NCBI GenBank assembly: GCA_963764035.1
Contig: CAVXQV010000011.1
Span: 105,042-169,041, forward strand
From: an uncultured Verrucomicrobiae bacterium
Lineage (GTDB): Bacteria; Verrucomicrobiota; Verrucomicrobiia; Limisphaerales; UBA11358
Direction of reading: 5' to 3'
Length of the DNA: 64,000 bases
The notes under the pieces were generated by a model. It made no database searches, was not told the DNA's origin, and saw only the letters and a program-made list of their open reading frames with translations. Both the position numbers and the translations under genes were made by a program. Positions 1 through 8,833 of the stretch are shown here, in pieces. The number at the start of each line of letters is the position of its first letter. Position 1 is the first letter of the stretch.

Positions 1-2198
1 TTGCGTCACGCACCAGGCCGCGCCGCAGTTCATCTTCGAGCTGCTCGACGACACGGTGCGGCTGCGGCTGCTGGCGAAAAGCCAGCGCGACCAGAGCACC
101 TGGTTTTGGAACGGCCACGAATGGTCGCCGCACGACCGCGTCATCAAGCCCGGCGACAAGCCGGAAATCCTCGACGACCCGCGGCTGGATCCGGCGGTTC
201 AGTGGCTGCGCAAGCTGGACTGGTTCATGCAGGAGCCCGGCCTGTGGATCGGCGACGCGAATGAAAATTTCCTCGGCACGCTCGCCGAGGCGCGTGGGCC
301 GGCGACGCCCGACGGAGGCGGAATTTCTCGGCAACCCGGCGTTTCACCGGCTGTTCCTCACGCCGCGCCAGCTCAAGCCGCGGCTCGTCGTCAAGGGCAG
401 CGGCATTGACTGGCTGGCCGTCTCCGCCGAATGGGAGGCGGAGGGACTGAAGCTCACCAAGGCGGACTTGGAACGGCTCGCCGCCGCGACCAGCCGCTTC
501 GTCAAGCTGCCGAACTCCGGCTGGGTGGAACTGGACACCAACGCCGTCCAGGGCGCGCACGAGGCGATGGCCGAGATGGGCGTGGACGGCCTCATCGCCG
601 TGCCGCAGAAGGTCGGGCATGGAGCACGTCGCGCACCTGGACGAGGACGAATTGAAGCGGTTCGCCGATTCGCCCGAGGCGAAGGCATTGCGCGAGCGCG
701 TCGCCGAATTTCAAGGGCGTTCCGTCCGTCGAATTGCCCAAGGGCTTGCAGGCCGAGTTGCGCCCGTATCAAAAGGACGGGTTCGATTTCCTCTGCCACC
801 TCACGCACATCCGGCTCGGCGGCATTCTCGCCGACGACATGGGCCTCGGCAAAACGCTCCAGACGCTCGCGTGGCTGGCGTGGCTCAAGGAGCAGAACAA
901 GAAAGACCACAAGCCGTCGCTCGTCATCTGCCCGGCGTCCGTGCTGCACAACTGGCGGCGCGAGGCCGAACGGTTCACGCCGGACCTGAAGGTGCTCGTG
1001 CTCGAAAGCGGCGCGGCGCGGCACAATTTGCGCAAGCAGATTCCGCAGAACGACATCATCGTGACCAATTACGCGCTGCTCCGGCGCGACCTGGAGGAGC
1101 TGCAGAAATTCGCCTTCCGCGCGGTGATTCTGGACGAGGCGCAGTTCATCAAGAACCCCGGCGCGCAGGTGACGCGCTCGGTCAAGCAGGTCAAATCCGA
1201 GCACCGGCTGGCGCTCACCGGCACGCCGCTGGAAAACCGGCTGCTCGATTTGTGGAGCATCGTGGATTTCATCCAGCCGGGCTACCTCGGCAACCAGGAC
1301 CAGTTTGCCGAGACCTACGAACCGCGCGCGCAGGCGGCCGATGAAACCGCGCCGAGTCGCACCGCTCGAAACGCGCGGCGAGAAGACCGAATCCGTCCAG
1401 CGCATCGCGCGCAAGCGGCTTTCGGCCAAATTGCGCCCGCTGCTGCTGCGCCGGTTGAAGAAGCACGTCGCGAAGGATTTGCCCGACCGCATCGAGGAGC
1501 GCCTCGACTGCCCGCTCGGCGACGAGCAGCGCAAATTGTATCTGGCCGAACTGCGCCGCAGCCGCGACCAGGTGATGAAGGTGGTCGAGACGCAGGGCAT
1601 CAACAAGAGCAAGATGCACGTGCTGGCCGCGCTCACGCGCCTGCGCCAGATTTGCTGCCATCCGTCGCTCGTCGGCAGCGACACCGCCTCCGGCAAGACC
1701 GAGACGCTGTTCGAATTGCTCGACCCGCTGGTGGCCGACGGCCAGAAGGTTCTGGTGTTCAGCCAGTTCGTCCAGATGCTGCAACTGCTGGAAAAGGAAT
1801 GCGCGACGCGGAACATCCACACGCACGTGCTCACCGGCCAGACCAAGGACCGGCAGCAGGTCGTCAGCGAATTCCAGGCCGACACCAAGCCCGGCGTGTT
1901 CCTGTTGAGCCTGCGCGCGGCGGGCACCGGCTTGAACCTGACGAACGCCAGCTACGTGGTGCTTTACGACCCGTGGTGGAACCCGGCGGTGGAGGCGCAG
2001 GCCATTGACCGCTCGCACCGCATCGGCCAGACCCAGACCGTGAACGCCTACCGCCTCATCGCGCCCGGCACCGTCGAGGAAAAGATCTGGGAACTGCAGC
2101 AGAGCAAGGCGCAGACGATTGCCGACGTGCTGGGCGAGGAAGGCTTTGCCCGCAGCCTCACCGCCACGGATTTGGAATATTTGTTCGCGGAGGATTGA
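1..2198 (+). CDS. SNF2/RapA-family helicase; 5' end lies outside the window; reading frame broken about 4 times in this sequence
   Basis: ORF 734..2008 carries motif I ILADDMGLGKTLQ, DEAQ box ILDEAQFIKN and LALTGTPLENRL. ORF 1305..2198 carries the helicase-C lobe (KVLVFSQF, LSLRAAGTGLNLT, YDPWWNPAVEAQAIDRSHRIGQ). The N-terminal part continues through the frames of ORFs 56..409, 261..989 and 619..1344. Frame switches lie near 300, 617 (GGG run), 708 (TTT run) and ~1320. Confidence 0.85.
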
Positions 2199-2320
2199 AC
2201 CGTCGGGATTTGTAGCGGCGCTCTGTGAGCATCGTCCCCGGCGGTCATGGACCGCCGCTGCAAACCTGCCGCCTTTGGCCGCGTGATTTTTCTTTCCCGG
2301 CAGATGGCCACAGCCTTCGA

Positions 2321-2602
2321 CCGTGCCACCGGACCTTTCAGCCGTGCATTCCGGCCGGCCGCGCGCACATTCGAAGCCTCCGGGCATACATCCGGGAGAT
2401 CCGCAGGCATCCCCGGACCATCCGGGCGCACCTACGGAAGTTCCGGATGGACCAACGGATCATTCGGCCATACCTACGGAACGTCCGGGCGCACCTACGG
2501 AACGCCCGGCCACACCAACGGACCGTCCGTCCATGCCTACGGAAGCTCCGGACACACCGACGGAGCGTTCGGAGGTGCCTACGGACCATCCGGAGGTGCG
2601 GG
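2321..2602. repeat. Degenerate tandem array R1, unit exactly 21 bp, about 13 units
   Basis: Consensus CCGGRCRCACCTACGGAASNT. The ACGG of successive units sits at 2434, 2455, 2476, 2497, 2518, 2539, 2560 and 2581. The array is open in at least 5 of 6 frames (ORFs 2225..2662, 2247..2669, 2323..2718, 2338..2712-, 2460..2648-), so no frame stands out as coding. Confidence 0.85.
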
Positions 2603-2706
2603 TTTTTGGCCAAAACAGGCCGAAAACAGCGAAAAACACGCCTTCCAACGCCCGGACCGTAGGAATTGATGAATTGGGCGCAAGTTGCCCGGCTGGGGCG
2701 GGTTCC

Positions 2707-2820
2707 GGCCACGGTTAAAGGCCAAACATCAAACTTGACCTTGCCCGCCGGTGGACGAATGCTGATGGCATGAAATGGAAAGCAACCCGTTTGCCTTCGC
2801 CAACGCCTGAAACCAAGACA
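2707..2820 (+). promoter_or_regulatory. Conserved 114-nt leader element (copy 1 of 2) with a sigma70-like promoter TTGACC-N17-AATGCT reading into the cassette
   Basis: Its first ~85 nt are about 90% identical to the reverse complement of 52028..52141. The -35 TTGACC is at 2735..2740, followed by a 17-nt spacer and the -10-like AATGCT at 2758..2763. Promoter activity is inferred from sequence only. Confidence 0.35.
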
Positions 2821-3330
2821 CAGGATAGGCTGAATATAGCGCCGTCCATGATCTGTTAGGCATCATCACACGTTTATGCGCTATCTCGTCACTATTTTAT
2901 TTGTGCTGGTAGTTCTCGTCGCCTGTTCACGCAAGTCGGATATTTCCCAGCGCGACCCGCAACGTGAGCAGCGTGATATTCTTCTTCATGCGCAATCGGA
3001 GGCTTTGCAGGCCAAGATTGTCCTGACCCAGTTGCACGACGGACACCTTACCAATGCGCTGGAGCTTTTGGAGATGCAGATAGACACATCGGTTATTATG
3101 ATTGACCATTCTTTGCCGAGCCTTTCCGGCGCACAGCGTGACGAGGCTTTGGGCACGCTACGGCTGCTTAAAGCGTATCGAGAGGCACACCCGCGACAGC
3201 AGGAGGCAGTTATTCCGGATGCCGACAAGGAAGACGCAGCGGCACTGATCCAAGCAAGCCAAAAGGCGTCCCAAATTTTGAGCGATTTGAAATGAACCTG
3301 ATGCCTAATATGAGAATAGGCTGAACGGCT
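2821..3330 (+). mobile_element. Integron-cassette-like unit C1: one ORF between attC-like left and right elements
   Basis: Left element 2821..2864 is CAGGATAGGCTGAATATAGCGCCGTCCATGATCTGTTAGGCATC. Right element 3300..3330 is GATGCCTAATATGAGAATAGGCTGAACGGCT. The 9-nt ends TTAGGCATC/GATGCCTAA are perfect inverted repeats. ATAGGCTGAA is a direct repeat at 2825..2834 and 3316..3325. Both elements recur at 50411..52027 and 57265..57692. Confidence 0.55.
2876..3295 (+). CDS. Hypothetical lipoprotein (cassette ORF, 139 aa)
   Basis: The ATG lies 14 nt after GTTAGGC. The N-terminus MRYLVTILFVLVVLVACSRK has a signal peptide and lipobox Cys. GC is visibly lower than in the neighbours. I do not recognise a family. 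Confidence 0.7.
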   Translation: MRYLVTILFVLVVLVACSRKSDISQRDPQREQRDILLHAQSEALQAKIVLTQLHDGHLTNALELLEMQIDTSVIMIDHSLPSLSGAQRDEALGTLRLLKAYREAHPRQQEAVIPDADKEDAAALIQASQKASQILSDLK

Positions 3331-3349
3331 TGATCCGCCCTCCGCGCAT

Positions 3350-3490
3350 TTATTCATAGCGCAGGGATTCACCCGGGTCGAGGTTTGCACCTTCCACGCG
3401 GGATTGGTTCCAAAGACAATTCCCACGACGGAACACAGCACCAGCCCCGGCACAATCCCGTCCACCGGGTTGGCGGAGGCGCACACCCGG
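3350..3490 (-). pseudogene. Relic of a MacB/FtsX-type permease C-terminus
   Basis: The reverse strand reads [38 protein letters not shown] with one frame slip. This matches the end of the permease at 49149 ([37 protein letters not shown]). No upstream continuation is present. Confidence 0.7.
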
Positions 3491-3545
3491 ATCCCGAAGT
3501 TGCTGGGAGCGAGTAGCGGTGGCGCCTCGTCACCGTAGGGTGGCT

Positions 3546-3640
3546 GCGACGCCCTCGTCGCATGATTCACTGTGTGGGAAGCCGCTGATTCGACCGGCGA
3601 CGAGGGCGTCGCCAACACAGTTCTGCGACGGGGCGTCGCA
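3546..3640. repeat. Three REP-like hairpins of one family (GCGACG-N4-CGTCGC)
   Basis: GCGACGCCCTCGTCGC at 3546..3561, GGCGACGAGGGCGTCGCC at 3596..3613, TGCGACGGGGCGTCGCA at 3624..3640. Confidence 0.7.
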
Positions 3641-3678
3641 GCTACCTGCATTCCGTTCGGAATTCGGATTGAATCCGC

Positions 3679-5057
3679 CTATTGCAACCGCTGCGGCATC
3701 TGGAAAATGCCATCGTAAAGCTGCGCGAGCGTGCCGCCGGTGTGACGGCTGCGCAAATCCTGGTCGAACGCAAACGTCGCGGCGGCGGCGAAGCCGTGCA
3801 GCGTCAGGCAGTAGGTGTTGTTGACCATGATGCCCAGCAGTTCGCCGGTGCGGCTGAACACCAGGTCGCCGCGCGAGGGATTGAATTTGCCGAACAGCCC
3901 CTTCAACAGGCTGCGGTCCAGCTTCAGGTATTGCGGCGTGTTCAACTCGATTTGGAAATTGCATTCGCCGTAATAGCCCTCGTTCGCGCCGACGAGCACG
4001 GCGTCCTGGAATTTGTAGGGATCGGACGACAGGCGGTAAACGTGGCAGCCGAGTTTGCGCGCGTCCGCGTCCGTCACCGGCATCATCACGACGCGCGGAT
4101 CCTGCGCGTGAAAGGTCAGCGACCGAATCGGCACCTGCATGACGCCCCACGTGAGCGAGCCGGTGAATTTGTCCCAGTCCGTGCCCGGGTCCCACAGCGT
4201 GAGCGGGGTGTCGGCCACGTGGCAGAGGGCAAAGGTGTTGGTCCCGTCGGTGGCGAGCACGGTTTCGGTGGTTTTGTCCTTCGCCGTGTCCTCGCTGAAG
4301 AAGCCGGTGCGCGCGGCCACGATCGCCGCCGCGACGCGGTTGGAAACGAAGTCGCTGAAGATGGTGTTCGGCGCGAGCGGGGTGTTCGCGCGGATTTCCT
4401 GGGTCAACTGGGTGGAATTGGTCGCGAGCGTTTTGAAGCCCTCGGCGAGCTTGGCGTTTTCGGCGTGCGCGGCCTGGGCTTCCTGCGACAGGAGGGCGGC
4501 CTTGTCGTTCGCGGCCCGCGCTTCGACCTCCGCCACCTGCAATTGGTTGGCCAATTTGTCCTTCTCGGCCTGCGCCAACTGGTTGCTCTTGGTCAAGTCG
4601 TCGAGCTGGCGGCGCAAGCGCCTCGGCCAGGTTGGACGCCTTTTGGGCCTCGGTTTCCGCCGCCGTGAATTTCTGCTGCGCCTGTTCGGACTGCGCGGAG
4701 CTGGTTTGCAACTGAAGCTTGAGATTCTCCAGGTTCGTTTGCGCGGTGGCGACCTGTTGTTGCAGGCGCGAATTCTCCTGTTCGCGCTGGCTCAAGTGCC
4801 GACTGCTGCTGCCCCGCCGATTCGCGCGCGACGGCCAGTTGCTGCTGCAACTGGGTCGTGCTCCGGCGCTCCTCTTCGAGCGCGAGCTTCATCGCGGCGG
4901 CCAGGTCGCTGCCGGGATTCGGAACGACGTTGGTGGCGATGACGATTTTCGTCGGCGGCCGGGTGTTTTCATCCGCCATGTGGTTGATGTCCGTCGAGAA
5001 CGTCAACAGGCTCAACAGCAGAAAGTCGCAGATGACGATGAGGATGCTGCGGTTCAT
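3679..5057 (-). CDS. Membrane-anchored coiled-coil protein with a MotB/ExbD/TolR-like TM-Asp helix; frame broken twice
   Basis: The N-terminal TM helix has an embedded Asp (MNRSILIVICDFLLLSLLTF). About 180 aa of Q/A/E-rich coiled coil follow (ORFs 4593..5057 and 3530..4795). The C-terminal ~230-aa globular domain is in ORF 3679..4617. Frame switches lie near 4800 and 4620. The ATG at 5057 sits in an ATGA overlap with a possible stop of the upstream gene. Confidence 0.6.
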
Positions 5058-6766
5058 GACAAGGCGGGTGGGCGGCGGCGTAGGTCTCGGCGTTCTGCGA
5101 CTCGGCTTCGAGCAGCAGCTTCCGGCGCGTCGGGCGCAGGTGGAAGATTTTGAAGATGACGACGAAGATGATGCCGAACGACGTGGAGGAATAGGCCGCC
5201 ATGAGGCTGAATTTCACCAGCCCCAGCGAGGCGATGATCAGCGACACGATGGTGCCCACGAAGCCGAGATAAAGCCCGGCGTCGAACAGGTGGTCTTCAT
5301 TTTCCAGCAGCTTGAGCTTCATGCGCGGCGGCACATTTTGACGGCGGATTTCCGCCAGTTTCACGAGGCACGAAATGTAGAGCAGCGCCTGCAGCACGAA
5401 GAACACAAGCAGCGTCAACACGATGGTGGGGTTCCAGGTATTTGGGTTCATAACGGTTTGTTTGAGGCCGGCGAATCCCGCGGGGACCGTCCCGCCCGTC
5501 GTGGGCAGGATCAGTCGAAGGGAAAAACTTCCCTTCTGGCTTTCCTGGGCGAGAAACGGCTCGCTCAAGAGCAACACCACCAGCAGAAACGCCAGCGAAA
5601 ATAAAAATTCGCGCGCGAGGTGAACCCCGCGCACTTGCAAGCGGACGCTCCAACGGCGAAACGGCGGGCCGCGCGCAATGCAGCGCCGCCGCGGCAAAAA
5701 AGCCGGCGAGCAGATATAGGAACCACTTTCCCGCCAGCGCCAGCCACGGATTTTGAACCGCAACTCCCGCCGCGTAATAATAAAACGCGCCGAACGGATT
5801 GAACGCCGCCACCCGGCGCTCGACCGGCGGATCGTAAAATTGCTGCTGCCGCTTCGCCAGTTCGGCCACGCCGCCCGCGCCGTAACGCAGGCTCGCGCCG
5901 AGATTGGACAGGCCGGTGTCCTTGAACTTCGCGAGATAATCCGCCACGTCCGCCGGCCGGCCCGAAAGCTGAACGGCGGCAAAGAGCACGGGCAGTTTGG
6001 CGTCGGCGGCGCGGGCGTCGTCCGCGAGCCGGTGCAGCGTGCCGGCGTCGGGAATGTCCGCGACAAATGCCGTCAATTGGTCCCAGTTGAACCGCTCGCC
6101 CAGCGACAGGAAATCCATCAGCGACTGTTCCAACGGTTCGGAGCCGGAGCCGCGATTGGCTTGCGACGCCAAGTCGGAAATGTCCCGGCTCAAGCCCGCC
6201 GGCAGATGGTTGCCGTCCAAAAGCAGGCCGCCAATGCAAACCGCGGTGTCGAAGGACTGGCCGGCCGCCGACGATGAGGGCGGGAACAGGCTGGTGTCCT
6301 TGAGCGACCGGGTGCGCAACAATTCCTGGACCGACTGCACCGTCGAGCCTTGCAAATGCGCCAGCGCCGCCTCGCGGTTGCCCTGGCGGATGATGAAATC
6401 GGCGAGGGGGGAATCTGGTGCGGCCAGCGCGGATTCGTTGCCGAAAAGCCCCGCCACGCGCCCGTCGTCGCCCCAAGCCAGCGCCGCCGGATTTTGCCGC
6501 GCCAAATTTGTGATGGTGTCCGCCAGCCGGTCCCAGGCGGGCATGCCCGCCGCGCGGGCGGCCTGCACGAGCATTTGCGCCACGCCCAATTTCCGCTCGC
6601 CCGCCAGCATTTGGCCATGGCCCAGCAACGATGGGCCGTTGGCGCCCGCCCGCTTCAGGACGCCGGCGTCCACCGCCCGCAGATGCATGGGCACGAGCAG
6701 GCCGCAGACCAGCAGCGCCAGTCCAAGGACGGCGCAAATAACGAATGCCAGCCACCGGAAGTTCAT
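5054..6766 (-). CDS. Polytopic membrane protein with a MotA/TolQ/ExbB-like C-terminal channel region; frame broken at least once
   Basis: The ATG at 6766 is preceded by AAGGAG. An N-terminal TM helix (WLAFVICAVLGLALLVCGLLV) is followed by a ~380-aa soluble region and several TM helices. LYLGFVGTIVSLIIASLGL...SSTSFGIIFVVIF resembles the MotA/ExbB signature, judged by eye only. The frame switches near 5620 (ORF 5297..6847 to ORF 4969..6066). The 3' end at 5054 assumes a further slip around 5060-5100. Confidence 0.5.
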
Positions 6767-6880
6767 GGTTTGCTCCTTGAAACTTTTGACTGCGCCAGGC
6801 CAATGGCCGTTCAAAATCCGTTTTGAAACAGAACGCCGCCGGGGCACCCAGCGACCTGTCCCCGGCGGAATGACCCCGAA

Positions 6881-8125
6881 TCATTGCCCGAAAAATTTCT
6901 GAATCTCGCGGACGACTTCGACAAAGCGGTCCACTTCAGCGTGGGTGTTGTAAAAATAAAAACTCGCGCGGGCGGTGGATTCCACTCCGAGCCGGTGCAT
7001 GAGCGGCTGTGTGCAATGGTGCCCGCCGCGCAACGCCACGCCCGCCTGGTCCGCCAGTGTCAGCACGTCGTGCGCGTGAACGTCCTTGAGCAGAAAACTA
7101 ACCAGTCCGGCACGGTTCTCCGAACGGGCACCGGGGCCAAACAACCGGATGTTCTTAAGTCCGGCAAGCTGATCGTAAGCGTAATGCGCCAGTTCCTGGT
7201 CGTGCTTCCAGATATTTTCGCGGCCGATGGCGTCGAGGTAATCCATCGCGGCGTGCAGGCCAATCGGGCCGGAAATGTCTGGCGTGCCGGCCTCAAACCG
7301 GTGCGGCGCGGGCTTGAACTCGGTCTTCTGGTATTCGACGGACAGAATCATTTCACCGCCGCCTTGATACGGCGGCATGGCGTTGAGCAATTCCTGCCGC
7401 CCCCACAAAACGCCGATGCCGGTCGGGCCGCAAATCTTGTGGCCGCTGAACGCGAAGAAATCGCAACCGATGGCATGCATGTCCACCGGGCAATGCCCGG
7501 CGCTCTGCGCGCCGTCCACAAGCGTGACGATGCCGAGCTTGCGCGCGCGAGCGCACAAGTCGGCCACCGGGTTCACCGTGCCGAGCGAATTGGAAATGTG
7601 AACCATCGAAAAGATTTTGACCTGCCTCGTCAGCAGCGAATCGAGCTTGGACAAATCAAGGATGCCTTCGTCGCCGGTGACGGGCACGTAGGCAATTTTT
7701 GCGCCGGTGCGTTGGGCGAGCAATTGCCACGGCACGAGGTTGCTGTGATGCTCCATTTCCGTGAGGAGAATCACGTCGCCGGATTTGAGGTTTTTGGCGC
7801 CCCAGGAACTGGCGACGAGATTGATCCCTTCCGTCGTGCCGCGCGTGAAGACGATTTCCTCGGCGGTTTCGGCGTTGATGAATTTGGCTGCCAGCGCCCG
7901 CGCCGCCTCGTAGGCCATTGTGGCGCGATTGCTCAATTCATGGATGCCGCGATGGACGTTGGCGTTGTCGCGCTCGTAGTAATGGACCAGCGCATCAATC
8001 ACCGCGCGCGGTTTCTGCGACGTGGCGGCGTTGTCGAAATATATCAGCGGTTTGCCGTGGACCTGCTGGTCGAGGATGGGAAAATCGGCGCGAAGCTTTG
8101 CCCAGTTTGGCGCTTGGTTTGTCAT
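6881..8125 (-). CDS. sufS: Cysteine desulfurase SufS
   Basis: Intact 414-aa ORF. Motifs: MEHHSNLVPW, PLP-lysine motif FSGHKICGPTGIG, active-site loop RGGHHCTQPLM. It is the last gene of the suf cluster. Confidence 0.93.
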   Translation of the reverse strand: MTNQAPNWAKLRADFPILDQQVHGKPLIYFDNAATSQKPRAVIDALVHYYERDNANVHRGIHELSNRATMAYEAARALAAKFINAETAEEIVFTRGTTEGINLVASSWGAKNLKSGDVILLTEMEHHSNLVPWQLLAQRTGAKIAYVPVTGDEGILDLSKLDSLLTRQVKIFSMVHISNSLGTVNPVADLCARARKLGIVTLVDGAQSAGHCPVDMHAIGCDFFAFSGHKICGPTGIGVLWGRQELLNAMPPYQGGGEMILSVEYQKTEFKPAPHRFEAGTPDISGPIGLHAAMDYLDAIGRENIWKHDQELAHYAYDQLAGLKNIRLFGPGARSENRAGLVSFLLKDVHAHDVLTLADQAGVALRGGHHCTQPLMHRLGVESTARASFYFYNTHAEVDRFVEVVREIQKFFGQ

Positions 8126-8150
8126 TAATTAAAATCTTTCACCCGTGGCA

Positions 8151-8215
8151 TCGTCCTCGTCGTCGTCCTCGTTCTCTTGATCGAATTTCGAGGACGAGGA
8201 CGAGAACGAGGAGGA
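8151..8215. repeat. REP-like long hairpin (TCGTCC/TCGTCG)n ... (GAGGACGAG)n, copy 1 of 2
   Basis: TCGTCCTCGTCGTCGTCCTCGTTCTC TTGATCGAATT TCGAGGACGAGGACGAGAACGAGGAGGA. A near-identical element lies at 56523..56592. Confidence 0.8.
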
Positions 8216-8222
8216 TTGAAAA

Positions 8223-8777
8223 TCACATCAGCCCCAGTTGCAGCTTGGCCGCCTCGGTCATCATGCCCTGGTTCCACGGCGGGTCCCAGACGAGCTCGAC
8301 GTTCGCCTCGTCAATCGGCTCCAGCGAGAGCAGTTTGTTTTGCACATCCTGCGCCAGCACCGGCCCCATGCCGCAGCCGGGGGCAGTCAAAGTCATTTTT
8401 ACGTCAGCCTTGAAACTGTTCTCGGCAGCGGGCGTGAGGTGGCAGTCGTAAATCAAACCGAGATCCACGATGTTGACTGGAATTTCCGGGTCGTAACACG
8501 TCTTGAGCGCGTCCCAGATTTGCTTTTCCAACTGCTCCTGCGTGACCGCGTCGCCGGAGACGGACTTCGCTGGCGCGACCTTTACTTCCAGCCCAAGCGC
8601 ATCGGCATCCTTGCTGTCAATCCGGAACATGTTGCCGTTGACGATGACAGTGAACGCGCCGCCGAGGGATTGCGTGACATAAGCCTGCCCGCCCTTTTGC
8701 AGCGTCACCTTCGTGCCGACGGGGACGACTGAAGCCTCCACGTCGCGCGTCAAAATTTTTGGCTCGTTCGGATTCAT
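8223..8777 (-). CDS. sufT: SufT-like Fe-S assembly protein (DUF59/MIP18 domain)
   Basis: DUF59 motif CYDPEIPVNIVDLGLIYD preceded by a SufT-type N-terminal domain. I chose the ATG at 8777; the ORF-track start at 8918 runs into intergenic sequence. Confidence 0.8.
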   Translation of the reverse strand: MNPNEPKILTRDVEASVVPVGTKVTLQKGGQAYVTQSLGGAFTVIVNGNMFRIDSKDADALGLEVKVAPAKSVSGDAVTQEQLEKQIWDALKTCYDPEIPVNIVDLGLIYDCHLTPAAENSFKADVKMTLTAPGCGMGPVLAQDVQNKLLSLEPIDEANVELVWDPPWNQGMMTEAAKLQLGLM

Positions 8778-8833
8778 AAAACGATTCAACTCATTTCTAA
8801 CAACATAATCGCCGCAAATGCGCCTGAAATCAA

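Noticed and set aside
344-1927. 527-aa ORF antisense to the SNF2 helicase. Similar long antisense ORFs include 6884..8128+, 9608..10720+, 26695..27735-, 30050..32170-, 42704..43975+ and 45923..47410-.
   Set aside because: These are Arg/Ala/Gly-rich low-complexity translations, typical of shadow ORFs in high-GC DNA. In each case the opposite strand carries clear family motifs.
2225-2718. ORFs across arrays R1, R2, R3 and R4 that translate as heptad or 14-mer repeat proteins (PTERPGA, APTGKEH, FGTSxxx, LPPPIHGRPSVEFN). Examples are 2323..2718, 21578..21883-, 29213..29560 and 40439..40705-.
   Set aside because: Almost every frame on both strands is open across the arrays. Differences between units are not biased to third codon positions. 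No convincing RBS or start context is present. The conserved feature is a DNA palindrome rather than a peptide.
2770-2859. 29-aa ORF (MKWKATRLPS...SMIC) running from the conserved leader to the TAG inside GTTAGGC, with a same-length counterpart at locus 2.
   Set aside because: Differences between the two copies are mostly non-synonymous. At locus 3 the equivalent frame is blocked by a stop. Conservation is therefore at the nucleotide level, not the peptide level.
2821-3330. Calling the three loci a canonical integron.
   Set aside because: There is no intI gene and no recognisable attI in the window, and the units are dispersed rather than arrayed. The 5' boxes end in AAT rather than AAC. The duplicated ATAGGCTGAA core fits attP x attB-type integration as well as attC recombination. 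I therefore report them only as cassette-like units pending model-based scoring.
1-6766. Zorya-like defence system (SNF2 helicase next to a MotA/MotB-like pair).
   Set aside because: The helicase is on the opposite strand and separated by repeats and a cassette. The MotA-like region is C-terminal rather than N-terminal as in ZorA. The partner lacks a peptidoglycan-binding domain. No ZorC-like gene is present.
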